Source: Myxococcota bacterium (GTDB lineage: Bacteria > Myxococcota > JACRCW01). Taken from it: DNA of 64,000 bases. Numbering within the stretch: position 1 is the stretch's first letter; every line of letters begins with the position of its first letter. The stretch is taken from NCBI GenBank assembly GCA_040752415.1, contig JBFMGU010000001.1, forward strand, positions 1 to 64,000. Direction: 5' to 3'. The position numbers and the translations under genes were made by a program. Below the pieces are notes generated by a model. It had not been told where the DNA came from, did not search any database, and worked only from the letters and a program-made list of their open reading frames with translations. This document shows positions 1 to 8,959 of the stretch, one piece after another.

Positions 1-77
1 CGCAGATCCAGCTGCTGGGGCGCGGAGTGCGCACCGTGCTGAATGCCGACGACGTGTTCGAGCTGCAGGCCGGCTAG
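1..77 (+). CDS. 3' end of a gene entering from the left; possibly a NusG/RfaH/UpxY-family antiterminator (KOW C-terminus)
   Basis: Frame starting at nt 3 reads QIQLLGRGVRTVLNADDVFELQAG* (TAG at 75-77) with GC-rich codon usage. It resembles the 'xLLGRxVxVxLxxxD' KOW tail of NusG paralogues and abuts a glycan locus. Only 24 aa are visible. Confidence 0.45.
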   Translation, partial: QIQLLGRGVRTVLNADDVFELQAG

Positions 78-78
78 C

Positions 79-765
79 TCAAGGGACCACCGCGTCCAGC
101 TTCTCCCGCGTCAGTTTCCCGACATAGAGTTCCCGGTTCCTCCGGATGCGCTCGATGTCCCAGTCCCACCACCGCAACGTGAGCAGCTGCTCGACAAGCG
201 CTTCCTCGAAGCGCAGCCGCACCACGCGCGCGGGACTTCCCACGGCGATACCGTAGGGAGGAACCACGTCATTGACCACGCTGTTGGCGCCGATCACCGC
301 GCCGTGGCCAATGCGGGCGCCAGGCAGGATGACCGCCTGCGCGCCCACCCACACGTCGTGGCCAAGCTCGATGCCGTCGCCAGGATTGGTGTCGGTTTCC
401 CAGTCCTCACCGAAGACGTGGTGGCGGATGAACGACGTGGAGCACCGATCCAGGTGGTGACCATACGCCTGCATGGAGACGCCACGCGCAATGGAGCAGA
501 AGCCGCCAATCCGGATGGGCTCGCGCAGCGCGTACGCGTCGGTGTTGGGGCCGTTGAGAGCCGAGTAGCGACCCAGCTCCAGCGGTCCGTTGATGCGCAC
601 GTGTTCCACCCGGGAGTGCTCCCCGAGCGTGACGGGCCCTTCCAGGACGGAGAAGCGCACCGTGGCGCTGCGGTGGATGAGCTCCGGGTTGGTGGCCCAC
701 GTCCCATGGGTCAGGAGCGCGGCGCGACGTCGACTGCGCTCGAATGGCTGGCGGGGGTGAACCAC
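79..765 (-). CDS. CatB/Vat-like hexapeptide-repeat O-acetyltransferase (probably sugar O-acetyltransferase)
   Basis: IRIGGFCSIARGV, ELGHDVWVGAQAVILPGARIGHGAVIGANSVV, GSPARVVRLRF and C-terminal LRWWDW. RBS-like GAAAGGA upstream of the GTG start. Confidence 0.85.
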   Translation of the reverse strand: MVHPRQPFERSRRRAALLTHGTWATNPELIHRSATVRFSVLEGPVTLGEHSRVEHVRINGPLELGRYSALNGPNTDAYALREPIRIGGFCSIARGVSMQAYGHHLDRCSTSFIRHHVFGEDWETDTNPGDGIELGHDVWVGAQAVILPGARIGHGAVIGANSVVNDVVPPYGIAVGSPARVVRLRFEEALVEQLLTLRWWDWDIERIRRNRELYVGKLTREKLDAVVP

Positions 766-2174
766 GTTGCACGTCCTTTCTCACGGAGCAGGGATAGGAT
801 GCCTTCCGCGGTGCGCGCTCCGGCCCGGCCGTCAAACGGTCCCAGCAGCTCCCGCGCCGCGTGCTCCAGATTGGCCAACACACGCGTGATGAACGGCGTG
901 TCCGTCAGCGCGCGGGCCAGCTGTTCCTCGAAGTGGACGCGGTGGAATACCGGCACCACGGCCTGCAGCTCGACGAGCAGCCCATTGGCAACGTTGCACA
1001 GCGCGTAGTTCTGCGTGACGACGGGACGCTTGGCCAGCAGGGCCTCCGTCAACGTGGAGGAGGCAATCCCCAGCACCAGGCCGGCGTGCACCATCAGTGA
1101 CCAGTTGAGCGCGCCGCCGCGTCCCACACGGATGCGCGGCCGTGACGACGTGATGGGCGAGAGGCGGGAGTCCGGGAGGCGAGGGTGGTTCAGCACCAGG
1201 AAGTTCCAGCCGGGTTGGACCCGCTCCAACGCGTCGTGGGCGTCCTGGACGGCGAGGATGGGGTCCCGCGCGACGAGATAACCTTCCTCCACCGGCGAGA
1301 AGAAGTAGACCGCGGTGGGACGGGAGGGGTCGAGGCCGTAGCGCGCACACAACTCGGCATAGGGAAGGACCTGGTGGGCGTGGAACTCATCCGCGCGCAG
1401 GTAGCCAGTGACCTGGATGCGCGAATCTTCCATCCCCATGTCCACCAACCGACGACGGATGTAGTCACCGGCAACGCCCACGCGCGTGGCGCGAAAGCGG
1501 TATCCCGGCGAGCAGCCCGCGGCCACCGTCTCCTTCACCAGGGGGTGGAGCGCGGGATGCGTGGTGACGCGACGGCGCACGGAGGCGCGGGCACGCCTGA
1601 CCATGGAGCGGCCGCCTAACACCAGATCACGCAACACGCGCGCTTGCGTACCTGCCAGCCACTTCTCGCGCTCGAGGAGATCCAGCGCCAGGTCGGGTGG
1701 AGCCATGCGCGCTTCCACCACCACGGGGTCTCTCGAGAAGTACTCGGGGATGTACTCGCCGTGCTGGATTTCAAAGGTGGGGACGTGGAAACGTCGACAG
1801 AGCTCCAACAGCCACGCCGCGTAGCCCAGCTCGTGCGGGATGACGACGACATCTGGTTGCTCCCCTTGCAGCGCCGCGTGCAGCGCTTGAACCAGGTCTT
1901 CCTCCTCGGCGCCAGGTTGGGGCGGGGGAAGTTGTGCCGAGGAGAAGCCTGCTTCCCGGAAGACCTCCGTCCCGGGAGCGCAGCCGGGGTACCAGGCGCT
2001 CACGTCGACGAAAACCGGGGCCACGACGGGAGCTACAGCGTGGAGCGCGTGGGCAACCGCAAGCGCAAGCCTCGCGTTGCCGTCGTTCTCGCCGAAGAAG
2101 ACGACCCGCCCCGTGAGCCCTTGCGTGTCCATTCCGTGCTGCTCCAGGATCCGCGGGGCCAGGCCGCGCTCCAC
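711..2174 (-). CDS. GT-B fold polysaccharide biosynthesis protein, candidate CMP-ulosonate (sialyl/Kdo/Leg) transferase
   Basis: FEIQHG, IQVTGYLRAD, LNHPR and IASSTLTEALLAKRPVV motifs (HP and S-S/T motifs typical of CMP/CDP-donor transferases). Confidence 0.6.
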   Translation of the reverse strand: MERGLAPRILEQHGMDTQGLTGRVVFFGENDGNARLALAVAHALHAVAPVVAPVFVDVSAWYPGCAPGTEVFREAGFSSAQLPPPQPGAEEEDLVQALHAALQGEQPDVVVIPHELGYAAWLLELCRRFHVPTFEIQHGEYIPEYFSRDPVVVEARMAPPDLALDLLEREKWLAGTQARVLRDLVLGGRSMVRRARASVRRRVTTHPALHPLVKETVAAGCSPGYRFRATRVGVAGDYIRRRLVDMGMEDSRIQVTGYLRADEFHAHQVLPYAELCARYGLDPSRPTAVYFFSPVEEGYLVARDPILAVQDAHDALERVQPGWNFLVLNHPRLPDSRLSPITSSRPRIRVGRGGALNWSLMVHAGLVLGIASSTLTEALLAKRPVVTQNYALCNVANGLLVELQAVVPVFHRVHFEEQLARALTDTPFITRVLANLEHAARELLGPFDGRAGARTAEGILSLLREKGRATWFTPASHSSAVDVAPRS

Positions 2175-2248
2175 GCGACGATGCTAGCGACGATCCCGAC
2201 GCAGTGCGAGGGGGACCGTCGCTGGAGTCCGCGTGATAGGAAGTGTCC

Positions 2249-3133
2249 ATGCCCCACGTCAGCGTGGTCATTCCCGCGCACAATCGGGCGCACACCCTGG
2301 AGCGGGCGCTGCGGTCGGTGTTGAGCCAGGAGCATGTCGACCTGGAAGTGGTGGTGGGCGACGATGCTTCCCGGGACGACACGACGACGCTGCTCACGCG
2401 TCACGCTGAGGCGGACCCGCGGGTGCACTGGGTGACCCACGCCACCCGACGTGGCGCTCAGGCCGCTCGCAACAGCGCCATCCGGGCGGCGCGCGGGCGC
2501 TACGTGGCCTTCCTGGATTCCGACGACGAGTGGCTTCCGGGCTCTCTGCTCGCCCGGCTGAACCGTGCCGAGGAGACCGGGCGACCGGTGGTCCATGCGC
2601 CGGTGTTGCGGGAGCAGGCTGGTGGCCGGACCTTGATGCCGGTGCCTCCCCTCGAGAGCGACACGTACCGGCTGCTGCTTGAAGGCCCGGGACCCATGCT
2701 CCAGGCCATGCTGGTGGAACGCGAGCTGCTCTTCCAGGTGGGACTGCTCGACGAGAGCGTGATCTCGTTCCAGGAATGGGACACGGCCATCCGCCTGGCG
2801 CGGCATGCTCCGTTTGCGTTTGTCTCGGAGCCGGCGGCGGTGTGGCACGTGGGGGGGAAGGACACCATCTCCCGCGACCTGGCGCGCGCGGCGGCGGGCT
2901 ACGAGCAGGTGGTGCGGCTCCATGAGGCGGAAATCCGACGTCACGCGAGCGCACTGGCGATGTCCCGCCACTGGCGCACCGCGGCGCGGATGTACGCCGA
3001 CGCCGGTCGACGAAGTGACGCGCTCCGTTGCTGGCGACGTTGTGTGACCGCGCTGCCATGGAGCACTGAGACGCTGGAGGTCGTGTCGCGGCGCGTGCGG
3101 CGACGACTGGGCCTTGACGCGGCAGGGCGGTGA
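2249..3133 (+). CDS. Glycosyltransferase family 2
   Basis: VSVVIPAHN, VGDDASRD, ARNSAIRAARGRYVAFLDSDDEW, QEWD. Confidence 0.92.
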   Translation: MPHVSVVIPAHNRAHTLERALRSVLSQEHVDLEVVVGDDASRDDTTTLLTRHAEADPRVHWVTHATRRGAQAARNSAIRAARGRYVAFLDSDDEWLPGSLLARLNRAEETGRPVVHAPVLREQAGGRTLMPVPPLESDTYRLLLEGPGPMLQAMLVERELLFQVGLLDESVISFQEWDTAIRLARHAPFAFVSEPAAVWHVGGKDTISRDLARAAAGYEQVVRLHEAEIRRHASALAMSRHWRTAARMYADAGRRSDALRCWRRCVTALPWSTETLEVVSRRVRRRLGLDAAGR

Positions 3134-3138
3134 CGTCG

Positions 3139-4239
3139 TCAGGAAGGGCACTCAAGCCAGGCGCGGAGCGCAGCGCTCCGTTGGGGTAGCTCGAATTGCT
3201 TGCGGAACAGGTCTCGCGCGCGTTGACGAAAGCCCGTCTCATCCCCGGCCAGGGTTGCCAGCGCGGGGAGGAGACCCTCGACGGAGTTGAGCACCACCCC
3301 AACGCCATGACGGACGACGAGATCATTGACGGTGGTGTTGCCCATCACCAGGACGGGCATGCCCAGCCGGAGGAACTCCACCAGCTGCCCACTCGCGTTG
3401 GCGAGCATGCGGTGGTTGAGGTCGTTCACCCGGTAGCCGACGAAGCCCAGGTGATGTCCACGCAGGATGTGTGAAAGCTGCGCGGGGAGCACAAGGCGCT
3501 CTGACACGGTGGGCTTGTGAGGTGCGAGCTCCAGTTCTCGTCGGAAACCGGGAGACGAGAGGCCGTGGAAGTGGAGGTGGTAGCGGCCCGGGTACCGGTT
3601 GAAGTGGTTCAGCAGGTCCGTGCTGAAGCGGTCTTCCCGGATGCCGCCGCACTGGATGATCCTGGGGACCGGGGACCATGGCGAGGACGTCGTGGGACCG
3701 TCCCACCCAGGCAGGCAGACGGGGAGCAGGAATGCATCGAGCGGTGTCCGCACCCCCAACGCCGAGCGCACCAGCTCAAGACGGTCCTCATCCTGGACGA
3801 TCACGCTTCGGTGCGCGGTGAGTACCCGTCGCGCCGTGCCGTGGATCAGCCGTTGGAGGGGCGCAGCATGCAGCGGCATGTCCGGCGTCACCAGGTCATG
3901 ACTCCAGAGCACCATGCGCGGCCCACGCACCAGCGTTCCCACCAGCCCATAGGCAAAAGCATCAATCGCCATGATGACGTGGGGACGTTGACGTCGCAGC
4001 GCCGCCTGTAGTGTGGCACCGACGCTGCGAAGCACGGGAGAGAGGGTGGCGCGCACCCGGGGACGAAGTGGTGCGTCCTCCGCGAGCTTGGCCACGAACC
4101 CGCCGCGTTCCTTGAGATGCAGGTACTGGAGGGGGAAATGGGAACGCAGCTCCTCGAGCACCGCGCGTGTGTGCGGATACATCGCGTCGTCCCAGGGCTC
4201 GAACCCCACGACGAGAATTCGGAGGTCGGAGCGGGTCAT
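3139..4239 (-). CDS. Putative GT4-like glycosyltransferase
   Basis: The ATG at 4239 overlaps the upstream TGA (ATGA coupling). C-terminal ANASGQLVEFLRLGMPVLV resembles the GT4 donor-binding segment. Confidence 0.65.
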   Translation of the reverse strand: MTRSDLRILVVGFEPWDDAMYPHTRAVLEELRSHFPLQYLHLKERGGFVAKLAEDAPLRPRVRATLSPVLRSVGATLQAALRRQRPHVIMAIDAFAYGLVGTLVRGPRMVLWSHDLVTPDMPLHAAPLQRLIHGTARRVLTAHRSVIVQDEDRLELVRSALGVRTPLDAFLLPVCLPGWDGPTTSSPWSPVPRIIQCGGIREDRFSTDLLNHFNRYPGRYHLHFHGLSSPGFRRELELAPHKPTVSERLVLPAQLSHILRGHHLGFVGYRVNDLNHRMLANASGQLVEFLRLGMPVLVMGNTTVNDLVVRHGVGVVLNSVEGLLPALATLAGDETGFRQRARDLFRKQFELPQRSAALRAWLECPS

Positions 4240-5012
4240 CCGGAGCTGGAGTCGACAACCGACGACGCCGTGGCAACGCACGCTGCCGAGAACGCGTCCA
4301 TGCGGGGCGGCCCGTCCTCACCAAAGGTGTAGAAGCCCCTCGCCTGCAAACCCACCTGCCGCAGCGCCAGGTCCACCTCCGTGCACAGGAGGAAGCGCAT
4401 GGTGTGGACCTCTCGCAGCTCCGTGGGCGAGCCGGCGCCCTGCCAGGCAATGAGGTGGTAGTGCACGTCGACACAGCTGTCTTGTGCGCGCATGACCGGC
4501 CGTGCCATGCGCAGGACGCGGGTGCCGTGATCTTCCGCCTCCTTGATGCGTGGGGACACGCCTTCACCAAGCACCGCGGGGGCGTGCCAGAAATCGACCA
4601 GCACCACGCCGTCGGGTTGGACGTGCTCCCGGATGGTCTGCAGGAACGCGAGCAGGTCATGGTTGCTGGTCTGGTAGCTCAGCACGTGGAACAGCGCGAC
4701 GACGGCGTCAAAGCGCTCTCCCAGTCGCACGGTGCGCGCGTCACCGGTGACGAAACGAACACCGGGGACGCCACGTGATGCTTCGTGCGCGCGCTGCACC
4801 ATCTCCGGGCTGATGTCCACGCCGGTCACGGTCACGCCCTGTCGTGCCAGCTCCAGTGCATGACGACCGCTTCCACACCCCACGTCGAGCACGGAGCACA
4901 CGTCCGGCTTGGCCTCCCGGAGACGACGCAGGACCCAGTCCGCCTCGCCGGCGTACGCCTTCTCCCGGTAGAGCAGGTCGTAGTACCGCGCGTACTCGCC
5001 AAACACCGTCAC
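4236..5012 (-). CDS. Class I SAM-dependent methyltransferase
   Basis: YARYYDLLY, VLDVGCGSGRH (motif I), GVDISPEM, GDAR, FDAVVALFHVLSY. Confidence 0.9.
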   Translation of the reverse strand: MTVFGEYARYYDLLYREKAYAGEADWVLRRLREAKPDVCSVLDVGCGSGRHALELARQGVTVTGVDISPEMVQRAHEASRGVPGVRFVTGDARTVRLGERFDAVVALFHVLSYQTSNHDLLAFLQTIREHVQPDGVVLVDFWHAPAVLGEGVSPRIKEAEDHGTRVLRMARPVMRAQDSCVDVHYHLIAWQGAGSPTELREVHTMRFLLCTEVDLALRQVGLQARGFYTFGEDGPPRMDAFSAACVATASSVVDSSSG

Positions 5013-6118
5013 GTGAGCACCCGCGCCACCGCTTGGGCCACCTGCTCCATCTGTGTCTCCGTCAGCCCCAAACCGCTGGGCAGGTAGAATCCACGACGGG
5101 CAAGGCGCTCCGCCACGGGATGCTTCTCATTGGCAAAGAGTCCCATCTTGCGGAATACCGGTTGCTCGTGCATGGGCCAGAAGAACGGACGCGTCTGCAC
5201 GCCGGCCTGGTGGAGGCGGCTCATGGCCTCCGTGGCGTCGAACGACGCCGCGTCGTCGAGGACGAGGCCGTAGACCCAGTAGATGTTGCGCGCATAGGGC
5301 GTCTCCGCGATTGGAAGCTGGAGGCGGGGCACGCCCCCCAGCAGCTCCGAATAGCGCGCACCCATGCGGCGCTTTCTCTCCACGAAACCATCCAGCTGCT
5401 CCAGCTGCGCCAGTCCCACGGCGGCGAGCAGGTTGCTCATGCGGAGGTTCCAGCCCAGCTCCTCGTGGACAAAGCGGCGCGGGGGAACGAAACAGAGGTT
5501 GCGCAGGGAGCGACAGCGTTCCGCAAGCGCGTCGTCGTCGGTGAGCAGCATGCCGCCTTCACCGGTGGTGACGTGCTTGTTGGCGTAGAAGCTGAACACG
5601 CTGATGTCACCCAGGCTGCCACACGCGCGACCACGGTAGGTCTGACCGTGCATCTCCGCGGCGTCCTCGATGAGCCGCAGATTGTGGCGACGGGCCAGGT
5701 CGAACAGCGGGTCCATGTCCACGGGCAGGCCGTAGAGATGCACCGGCATGATGGCGCGGGTGCGCGGCGTGATGGCGCGTTCCGCGGCGCGCGCGTCCAT
5801 GTTCCAGGTGACCGGATCCACGTCGACGAGGACGGGGGTGGCGCCAGACCGGACCACCGCCGCGGCGCAGGAGATGATGGTCAACGTGGGAAGGATGACC
5901 TCGTCACCGGGGCCCAGTTGCAGAGCGGCCACCGCAGCATCGAGTGCCAGGGAGCCGTTGCACACCGCGATGGCGTGTCGACGTCCCACGCGGGCGGCGA
6001 AGGCGTCCTCGAAACGACGCACGAAGGGCCCGTCGCCGGAGAGCCAGCCGCTCTCGAGACATTCCTGGACGTAACGGCGCTCATTACCAGCCAGAAGCGG
6101 CTCATTGACGGGAATCAT
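5009..6118 (-). CDS. DegT/DnrJ/EryC1/StrS aminotransferase, perosamine-synthase-like
   Basis: MIPVNEPLL, IMPVHLYG, IEDAAEMHG, FSFYANKHVTTGEGGM (PLP lysine), TRPFFWPMH. Confidence 0.92.
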   Translation of the reverse strand: MIPVNEPLLAGNERRYVQECLESGWLSGDGPFVRRFEDAFAARVGRRHAIAVCNGSLALDAAVAALQLGPGDEVILPTLTIISCAAAVVRSGATPVLVDVDPVTWNMDARAAERAITPRTRAIMPVHLYGLPVDMDPLFDLARRHNLRLIEDAAEMHGQTYRGRACGSLGDISVFSFYANKHVTTGEGGMLLTDDDALAERCRSLRNLCFVPPRRFVHEELGWNLRMSNLLAAVGLAQLEQLDGFVERKRRMGARYSELLGGVPRLQLPIAETPYARNIYWVYGLVLDDAASFDATEAMSRLHQAGVQTRPFFWPMHEQPVFRKMGLFANEKHPVAERLARRGFYLPSGLGLTETQMEQVAQAVARVLT

Positions 6119-6122
6119 CCGG

Positions 6123-6554
6123 TCACTCCCGCACGCGCACGCCCGCAGTCGTCACGCCCTCAAACCGCGTCTTGTCCTGGTCCCCGGCGTAGGGTCCCTG
6201 CTTGACCTCGACCATGTCGAGCTCCTCAAGCACCTCAAAACCGTGGCCGCCCTGGATGAGGACGATGATGTCCCCCGCGCCGAGGATGCGGCTCTCCAGG
6301 TACTGCCGTTCCGTCGAATAGAAGTCCACCCGCAGCTTGCCGGCGCGGATGACGAGCACCTCCTGGGTCAGGTGCACCTCACGCGCCACCGGGTTGTGCA
6401 CGTGCGGCGGGATGAGGTGACCCCGGGGGTGGCAAATGTTGGCCACCTGCTGGCTCAGCTCCGAGGACGTGAAGAAATGGACGCCATGGCTCCGGGGCTG
6501 GGCGCGGATGATGAGCGCCAGCAACGCGCCGTCCGCTTCAATCCTCTCCTGCAT
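6123..6554 (-). CDS. Cupin-fold protein (WbuC-like / sugar isomerase-like)
   Basis: MQERIEADG start. HPRGHLIPPHVHN, TQEVL, GGHGFEVLE and EVKQGPY give His/Glu cupin-type metal ligands. Lies directly upstream of the aminotransferase. Confidence 0.75.
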   Translation of the reverse strand: MQERIEADGALLALIIRAQPRSHGVHFFTSSELSQQVANICHPRGHLIPPHVHNPVAREVHLTQEVLVIRAGKLRVDFYSTERQYLESRILGAGDIIVLIQGGHGFEVLEELDMVEVKQGPYAGDQDKTRFEGVTTAGVRVRE

Positions 6555-6696
6555 CCCGGACCACCTTGGTTTGCGTTGCCGGTCCAGCTGGTGCTGGAGC
6601 GTCCTGAGGGAGTGTTCCAGACTTAGACTTGGTGAGGCGGGGAAGTGTAGATGGCCAGGGTGGTTGGGGCAACAAGGTGTGGGCGCCGGAGCACGG

Positions 6697-7482
6697 ATGC
6701 TGATTGCGAGGATGATGTCTTCAGCGCACTGGCGGGAACTGGTGCTCATCCTCACCTGGCGTGAGGTGGTGGCGCGCTACAAGCGCAGCGTGCTGGGGCT
6801 GGGTTGGGCGTTGGCGGAGCCGCTGTCCCTGGGGCTGGTCTACTTCGTGGTATTCCAGCGTTTTGCACGCATTCCCGTCGACAATTACCCGTTCTTCCTG
6901 CTGGCCGGACTGCTCCCCTGGACGTTCCTGCAGGGGAGCGTGGCGCATTGCGCTGGGGTGATGGTGGAGAATTCCCCCGTCATCAAGAAGGTGGCGTTCC
7001 CGAGGGAGATCCTGATCTTCTCCAAGCTGGGGAGCCAGGCGGTGAACTTCCTGCTCAGCCTGGCCCTGGTGGTGGCGACGGGATTGCTGACGGGAAGGAC
7101 CAGCCTGGGCCTCCACACGTTGTGGATGCTGCCCGCTACGCTGCTGCTCCTGACATTGACCGGCGCCCTGGGCGCGGCCGCGGCGGTGCTGAGCCCGTAC
7201 GCGCGCGACGTCCCGCACCTGCTCCAGTTTGCGTTCCGCCTGGGTCTGTATGCCACGCCCATTGTCTACACCTCCGCCATGGTGCCGGAGGATTGGCGCT
7301 GGTTGTTGCAGGTGAATCCCATGACGTGCGTGGTGGAGCTGTTCCACGTGGCAGTCCTGGGAACCTCACCTGACATGGGCGTGGAGTTGGTGGGCGTATC
7401 AGCACTGATGTTGGTGGTGGCGTCGGCGGCGGGATGGTGGGCGTTCACCCGGCTTGAGCCGCGGATTGCGGAGGTGGTGTGA
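6697..7482 (+). CDS. wzm: ABC-2 polysaccharide export permease
   Basis: REVVARYKRSVLGLGW, LLPWTF, IKKVAFPREIL, RDVPHL, YATPIVY, VNPMT; about 6 TM segments. Start uncertain (6697/6712/6715). Confidence 0.92.
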   Translation: MLIARMMSSAHWRELVLILTWREVVARYKRSVLGLGWALAEPLSLGLVYFVVFQRFARIPVDNYPFFLLAGLLPWTFLQGSVAHCAGVMVENSPVIKKVAFPREILIFSKLGSQAVNFLLSLALVVATGLLTGRTSLGLHTLWMLPATLLLLTLTGALGAAAAVLSPYARDVPHLLQFAFRLGLYATPIVYTSAMVPEDWRWLLQVNPMTCVVELFHVAVLGTSPDMGVELVGVSALMLVVASAAGWWAFTRLEPRIAEVV

Positions 7483-8228
7483 GCGCGCCGCCGGCCATTG
7501 AGGTGCACGACGTCAGCAAGTTCTTCCGACGGTGGGAGCACCAGTCGCTGAAGACCCTGCTGTTGGGCGGCCTGGGCAGGGAACAGCCGCGCTTCCGGGC
7601 CCTTCACGACGTGAGCTTCCGGGTGGAGCGCGGGGAGTTCGTGGCGCTGATTGGTCCCAACGGCTCGGGCAAGAGCACGCTGTTCAAGCTCATCAGCGGC
7701 ATCTACCCGACGGACGGCGGAAACATCCGGTGCCACGGTCGCGTGGCGCCGCTCATTGAGCTCAATGCCGGCTTCCACCCCGACTTCACGGGTTGGGAGA
7801 ACCTGTTCCTCAATGCCTCCATCCTGGGACTGAGCCAGCGGGAGATCCGGCGTCGCAGCGACGACATCGTGGATTATGCCGGCGTGCGCGCCTTCATGGA
7901 CACGCCCACGCGCTTCTACTCCAGCGGGATGCTGAGCCGCCTGGCGTTTGCCATCAACGTCTTCGTCGACGCGGAAATCCTCCTGGTAGACGAGGTGCTT
8001 GCCGTGGGAGATGAGCAGTTCCAACACCGCTGCCTGAACACGCTGCGCGAGAAGCACCGCAACGGCGTCACGATTGTGTTTGTCACGCATGACCTTGCCG
8101 CGGTGGAGCGCGAGACCCAACGTGCCATCTGGCTGGACGGTGGCCGCGTGCGCATGGATGGTCCCGCATCCCAGGTGGTTGAGAGCTACCGCCAGCTCTA
8201 CGGTGCCGGGGACCCGCCCAAGGCCTAG
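7479..8228 (+). CDS. wzt: ABC polysaccharide export ATP-binding protein (no C-terminal glycan-binding domain)
   Basis: Walker A GPNGSGKST, GFHPDFTGWEN, YSSGMLSRLAF, ILLVDEVLAVGD; GTGA-coupled to wzm. Confidence 0.95.
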   Translation: MSAPPAIEVHDVSKFFRRWEHQSLKTLLLGGLGREQPRFRALHDVSFRVERGEFVALIGPNGSGKSTLFKLISGIYPTDGGNIRCHGRVAPLIELNAGFHPDFTGWENLFLNASILGLSQREIRRRSDDIVDYAGVRAFMDTPTRFYSSGMLSRLAFAINVFVDAEILLVDEVLAVGDEQFQHRCLNTLREKHRNGVTIVFVTHDLAAVERETQRAIWLDGGRVRMDGPASQVVESYRQLYGAGDPPKA

Positions 8229-8857
8229 CGCGAGCGCGCGGGATTGCCCACGACGACAACTCCCGCCGCCACGCTGCGCGTGACCACCGCACCCATCCCC
8301 ACCATCGCGCCTTCACCCACCACGACGTGGTCGCGCACCGCCGCGCCCAGGCCCACCACCGCGCCGCGACCCACGCGCGCTCCGCCGCCCAGCACCGCAC
8401 CCGGCGCAATGAGGACGTACGGCTCCAGCGTGACGTCATGCTCAATGATGGCCCCGGTGTTCACCACCACGTGCGCGTCCACCACCGCACCGGGCTGCAC
8501 CACCGCGCCCGCCATCACCACCGCGCCCTCCCGCACCTGCGCTGACTCCGCCACCACGGCGCGCGCGTGCACCACCGGCGTCCAGCGCAGACCCAGCGGC
8601 CGCAAACGCTCCACCACGCGCTCCCGCACCGGGCTCGGCCCCAGCCCGCCCACGCCCAGGACCAACGCGGTGTCTTCCTTCGGCAGCGTGGCCAGCGCGT
8701 CGTCATCCAGCTGGGGCACGCCGTACATCTCACGGGCGCGGGGACAGTCCTGCGGGTCGGTGAACGCGCGCAGGCGCAGCTCTCCCGGACGCGAGCGCAC
8801 CGCATCCATCACCACCCGCGCATGCTCTCCGCCGCCGACGACAACGATGTCCAGCAT
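8225..8857 (-). CDS. NeuD/PglD/PerB-family sugar acetyltransferase
   Basis: N-terminal Rossmann-like IVVVGGGEHARVV, VNTGAIIEHDV (catalytic EH), hexapeptide repeats and VVVVGNPAR. The likely start is the ATG at 8857, inside a longer ORF. Confidence 0.9.
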   Translation of the reverse strand: MLDIVVVGGGEHARVVMDAVRSRPGELRLRAFTDPQDCPRAREMYGVPQLDDDALATLPKEDTALVLGVGGLGPSPVRERVVERLRPLGLRWTPVVHARAVVAESAQVREGAVVMAGAVVQPGAVVDAHVVVNTGAIIEHDVTLEPYVLIAPGAVLGGGARVGRGAVVGLGAAVRDHVVVGEGAMVGMGAVVTRSVAAGVVVVGNPARSR

Positions 8858-8959
8858 GCCTGCGGGGATAGTCCAGCGTCGCACACGTGGCAAAGCGGGT
8901 CCGCCCAGGGTGGAGCTGCCGTCGGAGGTGGCGCGTTGAGCGGGGAGGCGCGCTCCGGC

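Noticed and set aside
79..765. Chloramphenicol/streptogramin resistance gene (catB/vat)
   Set aside because: Similarity is at family level only. The gene overlaps a glycan transferase inside a polysaccharide locus with no mobile context.
2851..2857. G7 tracts (also 44873-44879) as phase-variation sites
   Set aside because: The tracts are short, the genes are in frame, and such runs are expected by chance at this GC content.
6619..6630. AGACTT direct repeat in the cupin/wzm divergent region
   Set aside because: A two-copy hexamer with no other support.
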